Positions 49,266-57,662 of a stretch of 64,000 nucleotides of DNA are shown here, piece after piece (the stretch's first letter is position 1; every line of letters begins with the position of its first letter). The translations under genes were made by a program, and so were the position numbers. The DNA lies in IMG/VR virus record IMGVR_UViG_3300043446_004488, positions 1 through 64,000 of that record; one strand, written 5' to 3'. The notes beneath the pieces were generated by a model. The model ran no database searches. It was not told the origin of the DNA and saw nothing but the letters and a program-made list of their open reading frames with translations. This DNA comes from a virus.

Positions 49266-49955
49266 TTAGATTCCAAATCTTCCTCTATGTGCGTTGAAGT
49301 TTTGTTGGATTTCTGTTGCTGTGAGGACACGATTGTAGTATGAAACCGTAGAAATATTTCCCCCCATACATTCATTCAGAGCAGAATGATTTGCTCCTAT
49401 GTATGGAGTGGTTGAGGTAAAGTTATAATCAAATGTATAAGTACTACCTGCCTGAACTCCATTTTTGAATAATCTTAGAGTTCTTGAACCATTACTTCCA
49501 CCATTTCCTATAAATGAAACATATATCCAATTACCAAAAAATGATAAATCAGCATCTTGTATTCTAAATCCATTCGCATAATATGCTAAACCATTTCCAA
49601 CTCTTTTATCTAAACTAATTACTCCATAATCACTATTTGAACCAGTACCAGAAAAAAGTATAGAATAATCTTGTTGGGTTCTAGTACTCTTTGCCCAAAA
49701 ATTCCAAGTAAATGCTCCTGTTCCTGGAGCAATTTGAGAACTTGATAGAGTTACATAATCATTAGTCCCATCAAAAACAATAGACCCACCGTTCGCACTA
49801 CTATAAGTCGGTCCATTCGTAAGAGTTCCAGTATTCCCATTACCACTCAAATCAGTCCAAGTCGTTCCAGAACCAACATAAGACTTAGTATTACCCGCAT
49901 CCAAACATAAGACTAAACCATTCATCACTATGGATGGTGAGTGAGAAAGTGCCAT
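49266..49955 (-). CDS. LamG/concanavalin-like protein
   Basis: GLVLCLDAGN.KSY.GSGTTWTDLSG...FDGTNDY...YNR.LT..EIQQNF...RFGI. Confidence 0.8.
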   Translation of the reverse strand: MALSHSPSIVMNGLVLCLDAGNTKSYVGSGTTWTDLSGNGNTGTLTNGPTYSSANGGSIVFDGTNDYVTLSSSQIAPGTGAFTWNFWAKSTRTQQDYSILFSGTGSNSDYGVISLDKRVGNGLAYYANGFRIQDADLSFFGNWIYVSFIGNGGSNGSRTLRLFKNGVQAGSTYTFDYNFTSTTPYIGANHSALNECMGGNISTVSYYNRVLTATEIQQNFNAHRGRFGI

Positions 49956-50017
49956 CGTATCAAATCTTTAAAATATTTAGTGTTTATACCTAAATATAAT
50001 GTTACAGGTATATAAAG

Positions 50018-50131
50018 ATGTCCAAGTCACCAAATAAGGGCAAAAAGGGTTCTGCTGGTGGTAAGCAGTCCAAACAGAATTCAGGTAATGCAACTGCGAA
50101 GAAAGCAAAGAATGGCGGCAAAAAGAAGTGA
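50018..50131 (+). CDS. 37-aa lysine-rich peptide
   Basis: Not in track: MSKSPNKGKKGSAGGKQSKQNSGNATAKKAKNGGKKK; CTAAATA late motif at 49990. Confidence 0.65.
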   Translation: MSKSPNKGKKGSAGGKQSKQNSGNATAKKAKNGGKKK

Positions 50132-50134
50132 CTT

Positions 50135-50329
50135 ATGCCCAGAGAATGGAATACTCCAAAGCGTGAGCCTTGGAATGCTCCCATACACTTTATTCTCAAA
50201 GCAATAGACAATCACACTCACGAGTATTTCAAGAGTGGTGATGTTTGGCATCTATATAAAGCAGATATGTTAAGACAATATCTTAGAGAATTAAAGACTT
50301 GGATACATCAACAGGAGGGTAGATTATGA
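50135..50329 (+). CDS. Conserved hypothetical protein
   Basis: 64 aa, MPREWNTPKREPWN... Confidence 0.7.
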   Translation: MPREWNTPKREPWNAPIHFILKAIDNHTHEYFKSGDVWHLYKADMLRQYLRELKTWIHQQEGRL

Positions 50330-50472
50330 GTGATGTAGTTTGGAGCGTCAATATACTTTTAGGTATTGGATTAATTGCAACTGCTTGGGTAATCTATTAT
50401 ATCCTAATGCTAGATAGAAATGAAGAAAAAAATTCTTCCCATACTGATTCTTCTGAGACTTCTGACTCATGA
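50326..50472 (+). CDS. Small single-TM membrane protein (48 aa)
   Basis: Not in track: MSDVVWSVNILLGIGLIATAWVIYYILMLD...; ATGA overlap, GGAGG upstream. Confidence 0.6.
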   Translation: MSDVVWSVNILLGIGLIATAWVIYYILMLDRNEEKNSSHTDSSETSDS

Positions 50473-50593
50473 TGGGACCTTTTTAGAAAACAGAAGTCCT
50501 AAACCAAGAATTCAACCACCAGAAGTTCGTGCAGCAATTAGAAGAACTTGGAAAAGAGGTAGAAAGTTATTCTTTAAAGAGGTGGAAGTTTGA
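50420..50593 (+). CDS. Small basic hypothetical protein (57 aa)
   Basis: Not in track: MKKKILPILILLRLLTHDGTFLENR... Confidence 0.45.
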   Translation: MKKKILPILILLRLLTHDGTFLENRSPKPRIQPPEVRAAIRRTWKRGRKLFFKEVEV

Positions 50594-51035
50594 ATAAGTT
50601 TGGATAAGCATGGTCAAAGTTTCTCATAATAATTGAAGCTCTTGCACTTGCTTCATTCTCTGTAGGACTTCCTGTTTCTCCAGTTCCATGAACTCCAGTC
50701 ACATGTTGATGATAGTGACAAAGTTCATGTGCAAGAGTTCTAAGTGCATCAATAGGATGTCTATTTTCTACATTCACTACAATTCTATTCTTCTTACTAG
50801 TTTGTCCAAATGTACTTTGAACCTGACTAAACCCAGAATCTTTGACTACTGTGATTCCAGGAATATCTTCCACATGAAGTCCATCTTTTCCATTATGAAA
50901 ATGTAGAGGTGGAATAGATTTTAATTTTAATTCTTTCAAAACAAATGGAATAAATTTACGAACAAGTTCTTGAAATTGTTTCATACTTGTTCTTTTGTCA
51001 GTTGCTTCTGATAAAAACTGATTAAAAGTTTTCAT
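50574..51035 (-). CDS. Putative internal virion protein with zincin HExxH motif
   Basis: Start MKTFNQFLSEA at an ATGA overlap; LRTLAHELCH...ENEA. Confidence 0.7.
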   Translation of the reverse strand: MKTFNQFLSEATDKRTSMKQFQELVRKFIPFVLKELKLKSIPPLHFHNGKDGLHVEDIPGITVVKDSGFSQVQSTFGQTSKKNRIVVNVENRHPIDALRTLAHELCHYHQHVTGVHGTGETGSPTENEASARASIIMRNFDHAYPNLFKLPPL

Positions 51036-51646
51036 CTTTTCCAAAGTTCTCCTTCTGCTTTTCGTCTACGAGCAAGTCCTTTTTCCACATTACTTCCAGG
51101 ATTTCTATAAAGATATAATGCTTCAGGAACTTTGTCCCATTCTTTATTATTTAATACTTTGGTTATGGTATTAAAATTGGGATTCCCAAAGAAATTAGCA
51201 CCAAGATTATAAGCAAAAGATAAAAGTGCTCCTTGTTGATTTTCATTCATTTCATTCCAATGAGGAATTTTTTTAAGTGATGGAAGATAATCTTTACGAA
51301 GTTGATAATAAAGTAAGTCATCTGCTTCTGCCTGACTAATCTTATTACCAATCATAAAACGTGTTCCATCCTTTCTACGAGTAGAACCCCACCCTATAGT
51401 AATTGGAAGTCCTCCTGTATGAGGGTCATAATAGGCAGAGAGCACACATCCCTCAAACTCTTTGATAAGATAGATTCCTGGCTCTGAAAGACCTTCTAGA
51501 GTAGGTTCTATTGATTCATTGCGATACAATCTTGCAAACTCATCCAAAACTTCTTTATGGACAGTTGCCTGAAGAAAATTCCAGGCATCAATTTGATGTG
51601 GAAGATCTTTATGATTTTTTACTGCGTCAATAAATTTGATAGTCAT
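51032..51646 (-). CDS. Lysozyme (GH24) endolysin
   Basis: IKEFEG..L.AY.D......TIGWGST; ALLSFAYNLG; GLARRR.AE. Confidence 0.88.
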   Translation of the reverse strand: MTIKFIDAVKNHKDLPHQIDAWNFLQATVHKEVLDEFARLYRNESIEPTLEGLSEPGIYLIKEFEGCVLSAYYDPHTGGLPITIGWGSTRRKDGTRFMIGNKISQAEADDLLYYQLRKDYLPSLKKIPHWNEMNENQQGALLSFAYNLGANFFGNPNFNTITKVLNNKEWDKVPEALYLYRNPGSNVEKGLARRRKAEGELWKR

Positions 51647-51687
51647 AATCAACCTATAATAGAGTTTTCCAATCTTCAATCATATTT

Positions 51688-52365
51688 TCATGTGCCGCCA
51701 CGTGATTCATCATGACCATACCAATCTGATTTTATTCTTCCTCTAAGCCCAGCACCTCCTCTTTTAGTTGGACCCTTTTGAGTTGTTCTCATAGTCACTT
51801 CACCAGTTTTACGATTTATTCTTTCTAGTGGTTGTCCTTCTCTACCAAGAGCAATTCTTCGTGCTAAAGGAGTTCCTTTGGCAAGTGCTATCTCTTTTCT
51901 TGGACCAGTCAATTCTTCAACAATATCCTTCCTCCACTCTTCACTCATATTCACCATAATTGCTTTTGCTGCTTCTGGTGTTTCAGCATATCCTTCATCA
52001 AGTAAGTGTGAAAGGATGATGTCGTAAATATCTACTTCTTCTTTGTTGAGTTCCGCAGCACGTCTTTTTGCTTTGTTTCCACTACCTCTATCTGCTTCAT
52101 AACCAGGCCAATCAGTTTTTCTTTCTCCTTTATCTTCTTCCCCTCCTCTTTTAGTTGGTGCCTTTGTGGTTGTTCTCATAGTTACATTACCACTACGATT
52201 TCTTCTTTCTACTGGTTGCCCTTCCTTTCCACTAGCAACCCTGTTTGCTAAATATCCTCCCTTTTCTAAGGCTCTTTTCTTTCTTTCACCAGTCAGTTCT
52301 TCATCAAGTTCCTGATAAACTTCCAAATATGCTTCTTGAAGACTACGAAGTTCTTGTGAGTCCAT
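51688..52365 (-). CDS. Repeat-containing putative internal head protein
   Basis: LQEAYLEVY N-terminus; two ~75-aa basic repeats separated by DIYDIILSHLLDEGYA. Confidence 0.65.
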   Translation of the reverse strand: MDSQELRSLQEAYLEVYQELDEELTGERKKRALEKGGYLANRVASGKEGQPVERRNRSGNVTMRTTTKAPTKRGGEEDKGERKTDWPGYEADRGSGNKAKRRAAELNKEEVDIYDIILSHLLDEGYAETPEAAKAIMVNMSEEWRKDIVEELTGPRKEIALAKGTPLARRIALGREGQPLERINRKTGEVTMRTTQKGPTKRGGAGLRGRIKSDWYGHDESRGGT

Positions 52366-52391
52366 TTTATTAATACTTTTTATAATTTTAT

Positions 52392-53087
52392 TTATAATTT
52401 AAAAATACGTCCCCAACCAGTTTTATCTTTACCATTAGACAACCAACGATGTTGAAGATCTGATTTCTTATACACAGCACCTTTACCATTTGTAACTGCG
52501 CCAGTATATCCATCATTCAAAGAACCATAAGGATCATTGACTACATAATCTTCACCTTTCTTACCTATCACTACAACCATGTGACCGCCAGTAGGAGCAG
52601 ATAAAGTGCCCCTATGCAAAATGCCGATAACCACAGGTCTCCCAGAAGAAAGCTCACGATCAAGGTCAGAAAACCCAAGATTATACCTAAACTCAGAGTT
52701 AACTTTATAATCTCTAAGAACACGGGTTTGCACATCATGATTTGTTGTGTCACCGATGGCAAACACCTTTTCAATGTATGCATCATCTCCCTTTGCTCCT
52801 TTTAGAGTACCTGGTCTCAGAAACTCAAGGCACATTGCACAAGAAGATGAATTACAGGTTCGACTTGCATCTCTGTAATTATCTGTCTGTGGAAAATAAG
52901 GAACACCCAAAATTCCAGGAATGACTGGTTCTACTTTAGTCCTAAAAACTCTAACCCAGTTAGCACTATCATCCAGAATATATGCTAACTTAGATCCAAG
53001 TTCTTTTTCAAGTTCTTCTACTGCAGCAACGTGTTTGGGATTTTTTTCATCATAAAATTGAAAAAAGTTATGCAGATCAACTTTCAT
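52392..53087 (-). CDS. C39-like cysteine peptidase
   Basis: VPYFPQ.D......CNSSSCAM...GHMVVVIG.....VNDPYG. Confidence 0.8.
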   Translation of the reverse strand: MKVDLHNFFQFYDEKNPKHVAAVEELEKELGSKLAYILDDSANWVRVFRTKVEPVIPGILGVPYFPQTDNYRDASRTCNSSSCAMCLEFLRPGTLKGAKGDDAYIEKVFAIGDTTNHDVQTRVLRDYKVNSEFRYNLGFSDLDRELSSGRPVVIGILHRGTLSAPTGGHMVVVIGKKGEDYVVNDPYGSLNDGYTGAVTNGKGAVYKKSDLQHRWLSNGKDKTGWGRIFKL

Positions 53088-53108
53088 TTGAATACAAAAT
53101 TCTATATT

Positions 53109-53183
53109 TTATTTAGATAAAGATGCTTGTATTACTAATATTATTAATACAATTACAAAATAAACTAGAAAAATAGATAGCAT
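53109..53183 (-). CDS. Possible 24-aa hydrophobic peptide
   Basis: MLSIFLVYFVIVLIILVIQASLSK fills the intergenic gap; may be spurious. Confidence 0.3.
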   Translation of the reverse strand: MLSIFLVYFVIVLIILVIQASLSK

Positions 53184-53217
53184 GATTGCTTTTAATTTAG
53201 TGCTAATTTTATGATAA

Positions 53218-53841
53218 TTAAAAAATCAAATTCATAAAATATTTAAAAGTTTGATAATCTTTTTTATAAAATTTTTTTATATATTTTTTTATTTTGGGAT
53301 TTAATTCGTATTCATTTTTTATTTCCCATTCAAATTTTTTATAATTTACTTCTTGTAGTTTTAATTTAATTTTAGTTTTATTAAAAACCCATTTTAAAAA
53401 ATTATCTCCAAATCCCCATTCATATTTCCAATAATGGGTTTTTGGAGAAATAAATTTATGTTGAGGAAGAAACCAATTATTATGATAACTATTATTTTTT
53501 ATTTCACAATCTATAAATTTTAAAAATGAATTCTCATCAGTAATGATGTTATTATAATCTATTCTATGAGAAGAATTCATACTTTTAATAGAAGAAACAA
53601 ATTTATCAAAAGGATTTCTAACAACTGTTATGTGAGGTATGGAGTTTACATCAAAATATTGAGTATATAATGGATAGTGTAAATGAGTAACATCAATGTT
53701 ATTAATTCTCAAAGTATGAATTTTATGATATTCACATTCCATATCATCAGAATTTTGAAATAAGGAAGATACATATCTTCCACCAGTTCTAGGAATGTGA
53801 ATAAAATAACAACTATTATTTCCTTGAGTAAATATTGCCAT
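53218..53841 (-). CDS. Sulfotransferase family protein
   Basis: FIHIPRTGG (5'-PSB loop), VRNPFDKFVS (3'-PB), FLPQ, Y..D...F.Y. Confidence 0.75.
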   Translation of the reverse strand: MAIFTQGNNSCYFIHIPRTGGRYVSSLFQNSDDMECEYHKIHTLRINNIDVTHLHYPLYTQYFDVNSIPHITVVRNPFDKFVSSIKSMNSSHRIDYNNIITDENSFLKFIDCEIKNNSYHNNWFLPQHKFISPKTHYWKYEWGFGDNFLKWVFNKTKIKLKLQEVNYKKFEWEIKNEYELNPKIKKYIKKFYKKDYQTFKYFMNLIF

Positions 53842-53856
53842 TATAATATTTAACTA

Positions 53857-54396
53857 TTAAACTTCTGCAAGCTCTCTAGTTTTAGTTTTCAAATAAAACA
53901 TTACTGCTTCTGGTGTAGATGCCTCATAAGGATCATCAGAAGAATTATCACATTTTCCAGTTTCTTCAAAAAGTTTTTCAATTATACCATCATCTACCAC
54001 AGCAGCATATCGCCAAGAACGCTCACCAAAACCAAGATTGGTCTTGGCAACGAGTTGACCCATAGAGCGAGTGAAGTAAGCGTTACCATCGGGAATAAGT
54101 TTTACGTTTTGAATGTTTTGGTCTTGTGCCCAAGCGTTCATCACAAAACCATCATTGACTGAAATGCAGTAGATTTCATCAATACCAAGTGCTTTAAATT
54201 CTTCATACTTTTCTTCAAATCCAGGAAGTTGGTAAGCAGAGCAAGTAGGAGTAAAAGCACCAGGAAGTGAGAAAATCACTACACGCTTGCCTTTAAAAAG
54301 TTCAAAGGAATTGCGAGTTACAAACTCACCAGATTCACGAAATACAAATTGAACTTGAGGAATTTCGTATCCTTCTTTACGCATAGAAATCTCCAT
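53857..54396 (-). CDS. Peroxiredoxin (Prx5/type II)
   Basis: LPGAFTPTCS...CISVNDGFVMNAW...RSWRY. Confidence 0.92.
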   Translation of the reverse strand: MEISMRKEGYEIPQVQFVFRESGEFVTRNSFELFKGKRVVIFSLPGAFTPTCSAYQLPGFEEKYEEFKALGIDEIYCISVNDGFVMNAWAQDQNIQNVKLIPDGNAYFTRSMGQLVAKTNLGFGERSWRYAAVVDDGIIEKLFEETGKCDNSSDDPYEASTPEAVMFYLKTKTRELAEV

Positions 54397-54409
54397 ATCT
54401 ATATACAGT

Positions 54410-54913
54410 TTATTTTAATTTAAGTCCTAAAACTAACACTCTTTTGTTTGAAAAAGTTTTATTAGCACTGTGATAAATTGTTGAGGAAAACATTATACTC
54501 TTTCCTTTTTCAGGGAAACAAGTGTGTGTAATGTTTCTTTTTTGGTTTATATAAAATAATGTTTCACCGTCTTCACAAGTATTTAAATATACAATAATCG
54601 AAAAATCTTCATTATGATCATGTTTATGTAATTGTTGATGTCTATTATTTTTATATTCAATTAAATGTGACCAATGATAATAAAGATTAGTTTCGCATTT
54701 TTTTTCAATTTTATTTTTCAAAATATTCAAATAATGTTCAACATCTTTATCATCAAAATTTAGCATATTACAGGTTTGAATGCCATTAATAGTTGCTGAA
54801 CTATTTTCTGGGATAAAAAAATTTTTATTTGATTTATAAAAATCTAATTTGTCATTAAAAAAATCTATGATATCATTATCAACAAAAAATTCATAATAAT
54901 ATGGAAGATCCAT
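54410..54913 (-). CDS. 2OG-Fe(II) oxygenase superfamily protein
   Basis: H.HDH..DFS.IVYLN...GET.F...H......R.VL. Confidence 0.7.
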   Translation of the reverse strand: MDLPYYYEFFVDNDIIDFFNDKLDFYKSNKNFFIPENSSATINGIQTCNMLNFDDKDVEHYLNILKNKIEKKCETNLYYHWSHLIEYKNNRHQQLHKHDHNEDFSIIVYLNTCEDGETLFYINQKRNITHTCFPEKGKSIMFSSTIYHSANKTFSNKRVLVLGLKLK

Positions 54914-54916
54914 TTA

Positions 54917-55036
54917 TCAAAATACACCAGGAATGATTTGACCAGTGGTAAGATAAGAAGCAGCAGCTGCAACAAATCCAATCATAGCAGCACGACCATT
55001 CAATTTTTCAGCAGCTTCAGAAAAGATTTTTCCCAT
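54917..55036 (-). CDS. hli: High-light-inducible protein
   Basis: Not in track: MGKIFSEAAEKLNGRAAMIGFVAAAASYLTTGQIIPGVF (ExxNGRxAM; TGQIIPG). Confidence 0.93.
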   Translation of the reverse strand: MGKIFSEAAEKLNGRAAMIGFVAAAASYLTTGQIIPGVF

Positions 55037-55037
55037 T

Positions 55038-55310
55038 TTAGTTTTCTCCATTATAGGAATGTTGTTGTTTAAGTTCAGGATTAGGTTGAGAAAAAACCAT
55101 AGGACTTCTGGTTTTATTTTTGATAACTATAAAAGCATCATTTTGATAGGTTATAGTTCCAAATGGTTTTGCCCATTTTGCATTAGCATTTGGATGAGTC
55201 GCAGTTCCTGTAACTGCTACACCACCAATTTCTACAGAGAGTTCATCGTCAGCACTCCATCCAAGTTTTTGAATAGCAAGAGAAAATTGCCCTAGCATTC
55301 CAGCACTCAC
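55038..55310 (-). CDS. Conserved cyanobacterial/cyanophage hypothetical protein
   Basis: 90 aa; VEIGG...KW..PFG...DAFIVIKN. Confidence 0.7.
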   Translation of the reverse strand: MSAGMLGQFSLAIQKLGWSADDELSVEIGGVAVTGTATHPNANAKWAKPFGTITYQNDAFIVIKNKTRSPMVFSQPNPELKQQHSYNGEN

Positions 55311-55600
55311 AGATTCTCCTCCTGTTCAGTCAGGATGACGCAATCGGACTTGGGATATGCCACACAAAGGAGAGAAAATCCATCTGCCATTTGGTCATCA
55401 TCAAGAAAAGATTGTTCTTCATTATCAATTTCACCAGACACAACCTTTCCAGCACAAGAGGAACAAGCACCAGCCTTACATGAGTAAGGGAGGTCTAGTC
55501 CTGCTTCCTCTGCTGCCTCAAGAATGTATTGGTCTTCAGGGCATTCAATCGTAGTTGAGGTTCCGTCAGGAGATTGAAGAGTGACTTGATAAGTTGCCAT
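55307..55600 (-). CDS. petF: Plant-type [2Fe-2S] ferredoxin
   Basis: [13 protein letters not shown]...LLCVAYP.SDC. Confidence 0.95.
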   Translation of the reverse strand: MATYQVTLQSPDGTSTTIECPEDQYILEAAEEAGLDLPYSCKAGACSSCAGKVVSGEIDNEEQSFLDDDQMADGFSLLCVAYPKSDCVILTEQEENL

Positions 55601-55605
55601 AAAAT

Positions 55606-55692
55606 TTAGTAGGTTTCAGCAAGTTGTTCTATAGAATAACACAGAAGCACGAAGAATGCAACTGAGGTAATGGTCCAAATTGCTTCAGTCAT
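55606..55692 (-). CDS. 28-aa single-TM peptide
   Basis: Not in track: [28 protein letters not shown]; TGATG overlap with hli. Confidence 0.6.
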   Translation of the reverse strand: MTEAIWTITSVAFFVLLCYSIEQLAETY

Positions 55693-55886
55693 CAGAAGAT
55701 ACCGAAGAAGAAGTTGCCAGTGATAGCATAAGAAATGATACCAGCAACAAAGCCGACCATTGCCCAACGTCCATTAGTACGCTCCTTAATTTCATTAGGG
55801 GTTAGAAGTCCATAATTTTCATAATACATCGTGGGCTCTTTTGCGAACATATTCATTTGTCCACGATCATTGGTTGTAACAGTCAT
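55692..55886 (-). CDS. hli: High-light-inducible protein with N-terminal extension
   Basis: ERTNGRWAMVGF motif; N-terminal GQMNMFAKEP. Confidence 0.9.
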   Translation of the reverse strand: MTVTTNDRGQMNMFAKEPTMYYENYGLLTPNEIKERTNGRWAMVGFVAGIISYAITGNFFFGIF

Positions 55887-55892
55887 TTGAAT

Positions 55893-55939
55893 TTTATGAA
55901 GAACTGTAACATTATATAGGAAATCTAAAGAAAAAACAA
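55893..55939 (-). promoter_or_regulatory. hli promoter with HLR1-like site
   Basis: TTGTTT-17nt-TATAAT followed by GTTACAGT-TC-TTCATAAA. Confidence 0.5.
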
Positions 55940-55959
55940 GGGGGGAAACTCCCCCTTGT
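55931..55959 (-). terminator. Intrinsic terminator
   Basis: ACAAGGGGG/CCCCCTTGT stem plus T-tract. Confidence 0.7.
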
Positions 55960-56000
55960 CAGAAAATCCTAACTTTGTTAGGTATAAATTACTACTGAAA

Positions 56001-56483
56001 TCAATCACTCAAATATTTAAGTCCCATCATCACTCGACTTTGTTCAATATTTTGAGATGCTCCCAAGAACTCACCATACACTTTCAGTCTTGGAGTTCCA
56101 TATTCAACCCCAGTAATAATGAATGGATTTTTGATTACAGTTCCATCTTTTTCTTTAGTATCAAAATCTTCGTGGTGAATGGAAGCACCCACATAAGCAG
56201 TAGTTTTTTCATTCATAGGGATAAGATACTTTACTCCAACGTGACTGAATCCCCAATCAGTATCATCAGGAATACTACTGATGTGTTCAGCAAAAACCCT
56301 GACTTTCTTTTTGATATCATATTGAATTCCCATAACACCACCTGGATTTTGGAACTCAATTTTGTTTGGGTCTGAGTATCCCACATTAATTCCAACATAA
56401 CTATTGATTGGTGTGAGATGCCCCACCAATTGAGTTCCAGCAAGAATAGCCCATCCATACCAGGGCATCAAGAAAACAGACAT
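56001..56483 (-). CDS. Putative small outer-membrane beta-barrel protein
   Basis: Alternating amphipathic strands in two internal repeats ending GVKYL/GLKYL; start trimmed to the ATG at 56483. Confidence 0.55.
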   Translation of the reverse strand: MSVFLMPWYGWAILAGTQLVGHLTPINSYVGINVGYSDPNKIEFQNPGGVMGIQYDIKKKVRVFAEHISSIPDDTDWGFSHVGVKYLIPMNEKTTAYVGASIHHEDFDTKEKDGTVIKNPFIITGVEYGTPRLKVYGEFLGASQNIEQSRVMMGLKYLSD

Positions 56484-56516
56484 AATAACGAAGGTATCTG
56501 AAAGGATTATAGATGG

Positions 56517-56543
56517 AAAAGGGGGGTCATGACAACCCCCCAT
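56517..56543 (-). terminator. pstS terminator overlapping a sigma70-like promoter
   Basis: GGGGGG/CCCCCC stem plus TTTT; TTGTCA-18nt-TATAAT. Confidence 0.6.
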
Positions 56544-56547
56544 CATA

Positions 56548-57513
56548 TTATTCTTTGATTTGATTAACCGCTGCTTGTGCCTTTGCCTGAATAGCATCCT
56601 TGAGAGGGACATAACCCAGATCATCAGCAAGTGCCTGTGCCTTATCACTCAACATATAATTGATTACATCTTTGATAGCATCAGTCTTAGCACCATTACC
56701 AGTTCTATAGGCAAGTAGATAGGTCAGAGTAGCAATTGGATACGCACCTTGGGCAGAAGGATTTGGATTTTGTCCTGATAGGTTTTTATCCAAAACAATA
56801 CCACTCAATGCCTTAGCACCAGAAGCATAGTTAGGTAGTACAAATTCACCCGACTTGTTCTGAACTGCTGCTGCTTTGATTTTCCCCTTTACAAAAGATT
56901 GATTGAGATATCCAATAGAACCAGAAGTTGTGGAGAGAACACCAGCAACACCATCATTACCCTTAGCACCCACGCCAGTTTTCCAATTTACAGACTTAGC
57001 AGTTCCAAGTGTCCATTCTTTGGAGAATGCTTTGAGAGACTCTGTAAATGCAGCAGTCGTACCAGAACCATCGGAACGATACACAACATTGATTTTACCT
57101 GCGGGGCAACCAAGTTCTTTCCAATTATCAATGGAACCCATAAAAACTGATACTACTTGCTTTTGGGTGAGTTTCAGTTTGCAAGAAGGATTGTTATAGG
57201 CAACTGCAATTGTTCCACCAACAATAGGAATTTGTACAACACCACGAGAAACCTTAGCACGGTCTTTATCACTAATTGGGTCGTCAGTAGCACCAAGAGC
57301 AACTGTCTGGTCAATAAATGCCTTACGACCACCACCAGAACCAATTGCCTGATAGTTCACCTTAGGACCGCCAGATTTAGCGAGGTTAGAGAACCAACGA
57401 GTGTAGATGGTTTCTGGGAATGTAGCACCAGCAACATTTAGTCTTACAGGTGCGGCAAATGCTGCTGCTGGTGTAAGAGCAAGAGCAACAGCAATAAAAT
57501 TTTTGAGTTTCAT
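56548..57513 (-). CDS. pstS: Phosphate ABC transporter substrate-binding protein
   Basis: AGATFP, NYQAIGSGGG, GATD, RSDGSGTT, YPIAT. Confidence 0.96.
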   Translation of the reverse strand: MKLKNFIAVALALTPAAAFAAPVRLNVAGATFPETIYTRWFSNLAKSGGPKVNYQAIGSGGGRKAFIDQTVALGATDDPISDKDRAKVSRGVVQIPIVGGTIAVAYNNPSCKLKLTQKQVVSVFMGSIDNWKELGCPAGKINVVYRSDGSGTTAAFTESLKAFSKEWTLGTAKSVNWKTGVGAKGNDGVAGVLSTTSGSIGYLNQSFVKGKIKAAAVQNKSGEFVLPNYASGAKALSGIVLDKNLSGQNPNPSAQGAYPIATLTYLLAYRTGNGAKTDAIKDVINYMLSDKAQALADDLGYVPLKDAIQAKAQAAVNQIKE

Positions 57514-57549
57514 AAAAGTTTGTTTAGAAGTAAAATAGACTTCACAGAA

Positions 57550-57605
57550 ATCATAAGAAAATATGAAATAGAAGTCAACTAAGATTTGGTTAAAGAGTCT
57601 TTACC
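57550..57605 (-). promoter_or_regulatory. pstS promoter with pho box
   Basis: 11-bp-phased GGTAAAGA/TTTAACCA/CTTAGTTG (cyanobacterial YTTAAYYW-like) abutting TTGACT-17nt-TATGAT. Confidence 0.65.
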
Positions 57606-57611
57606 TAATCA

Positions 57612-57639
57612 TAAAAAAACCACCCAAAAATTGGGTGGT
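57612..57639 (-). terminator. Intrinsic terminator of the porin gene
   Basis: ACCACCCAA/TTGGGTGGT stem plus T7. Confidence 0.75.
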
Positions 57640-57662
57640 AGTACTCATTTTGGGAGTGATTA

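Noticed and set aside
46752-49955. Diversity-generating retroelement acting on the lectin-like genes
   Set aside because: No reverse transcriptase and no adenine-specific TR/VR pair visible in this window; similarity is ordinary paralogy
50002-50211. Minus-strand 69-aa ORF
   Set aside because: Antisense to two better-supported plus-strand ORFs that have a late promoter
56484-56648. N-terminal extension of ORF 56001..56648
   Set aside because: Overlaps the pstS 3' end and its terminator; a promoter and ATG lie downstream at 56483
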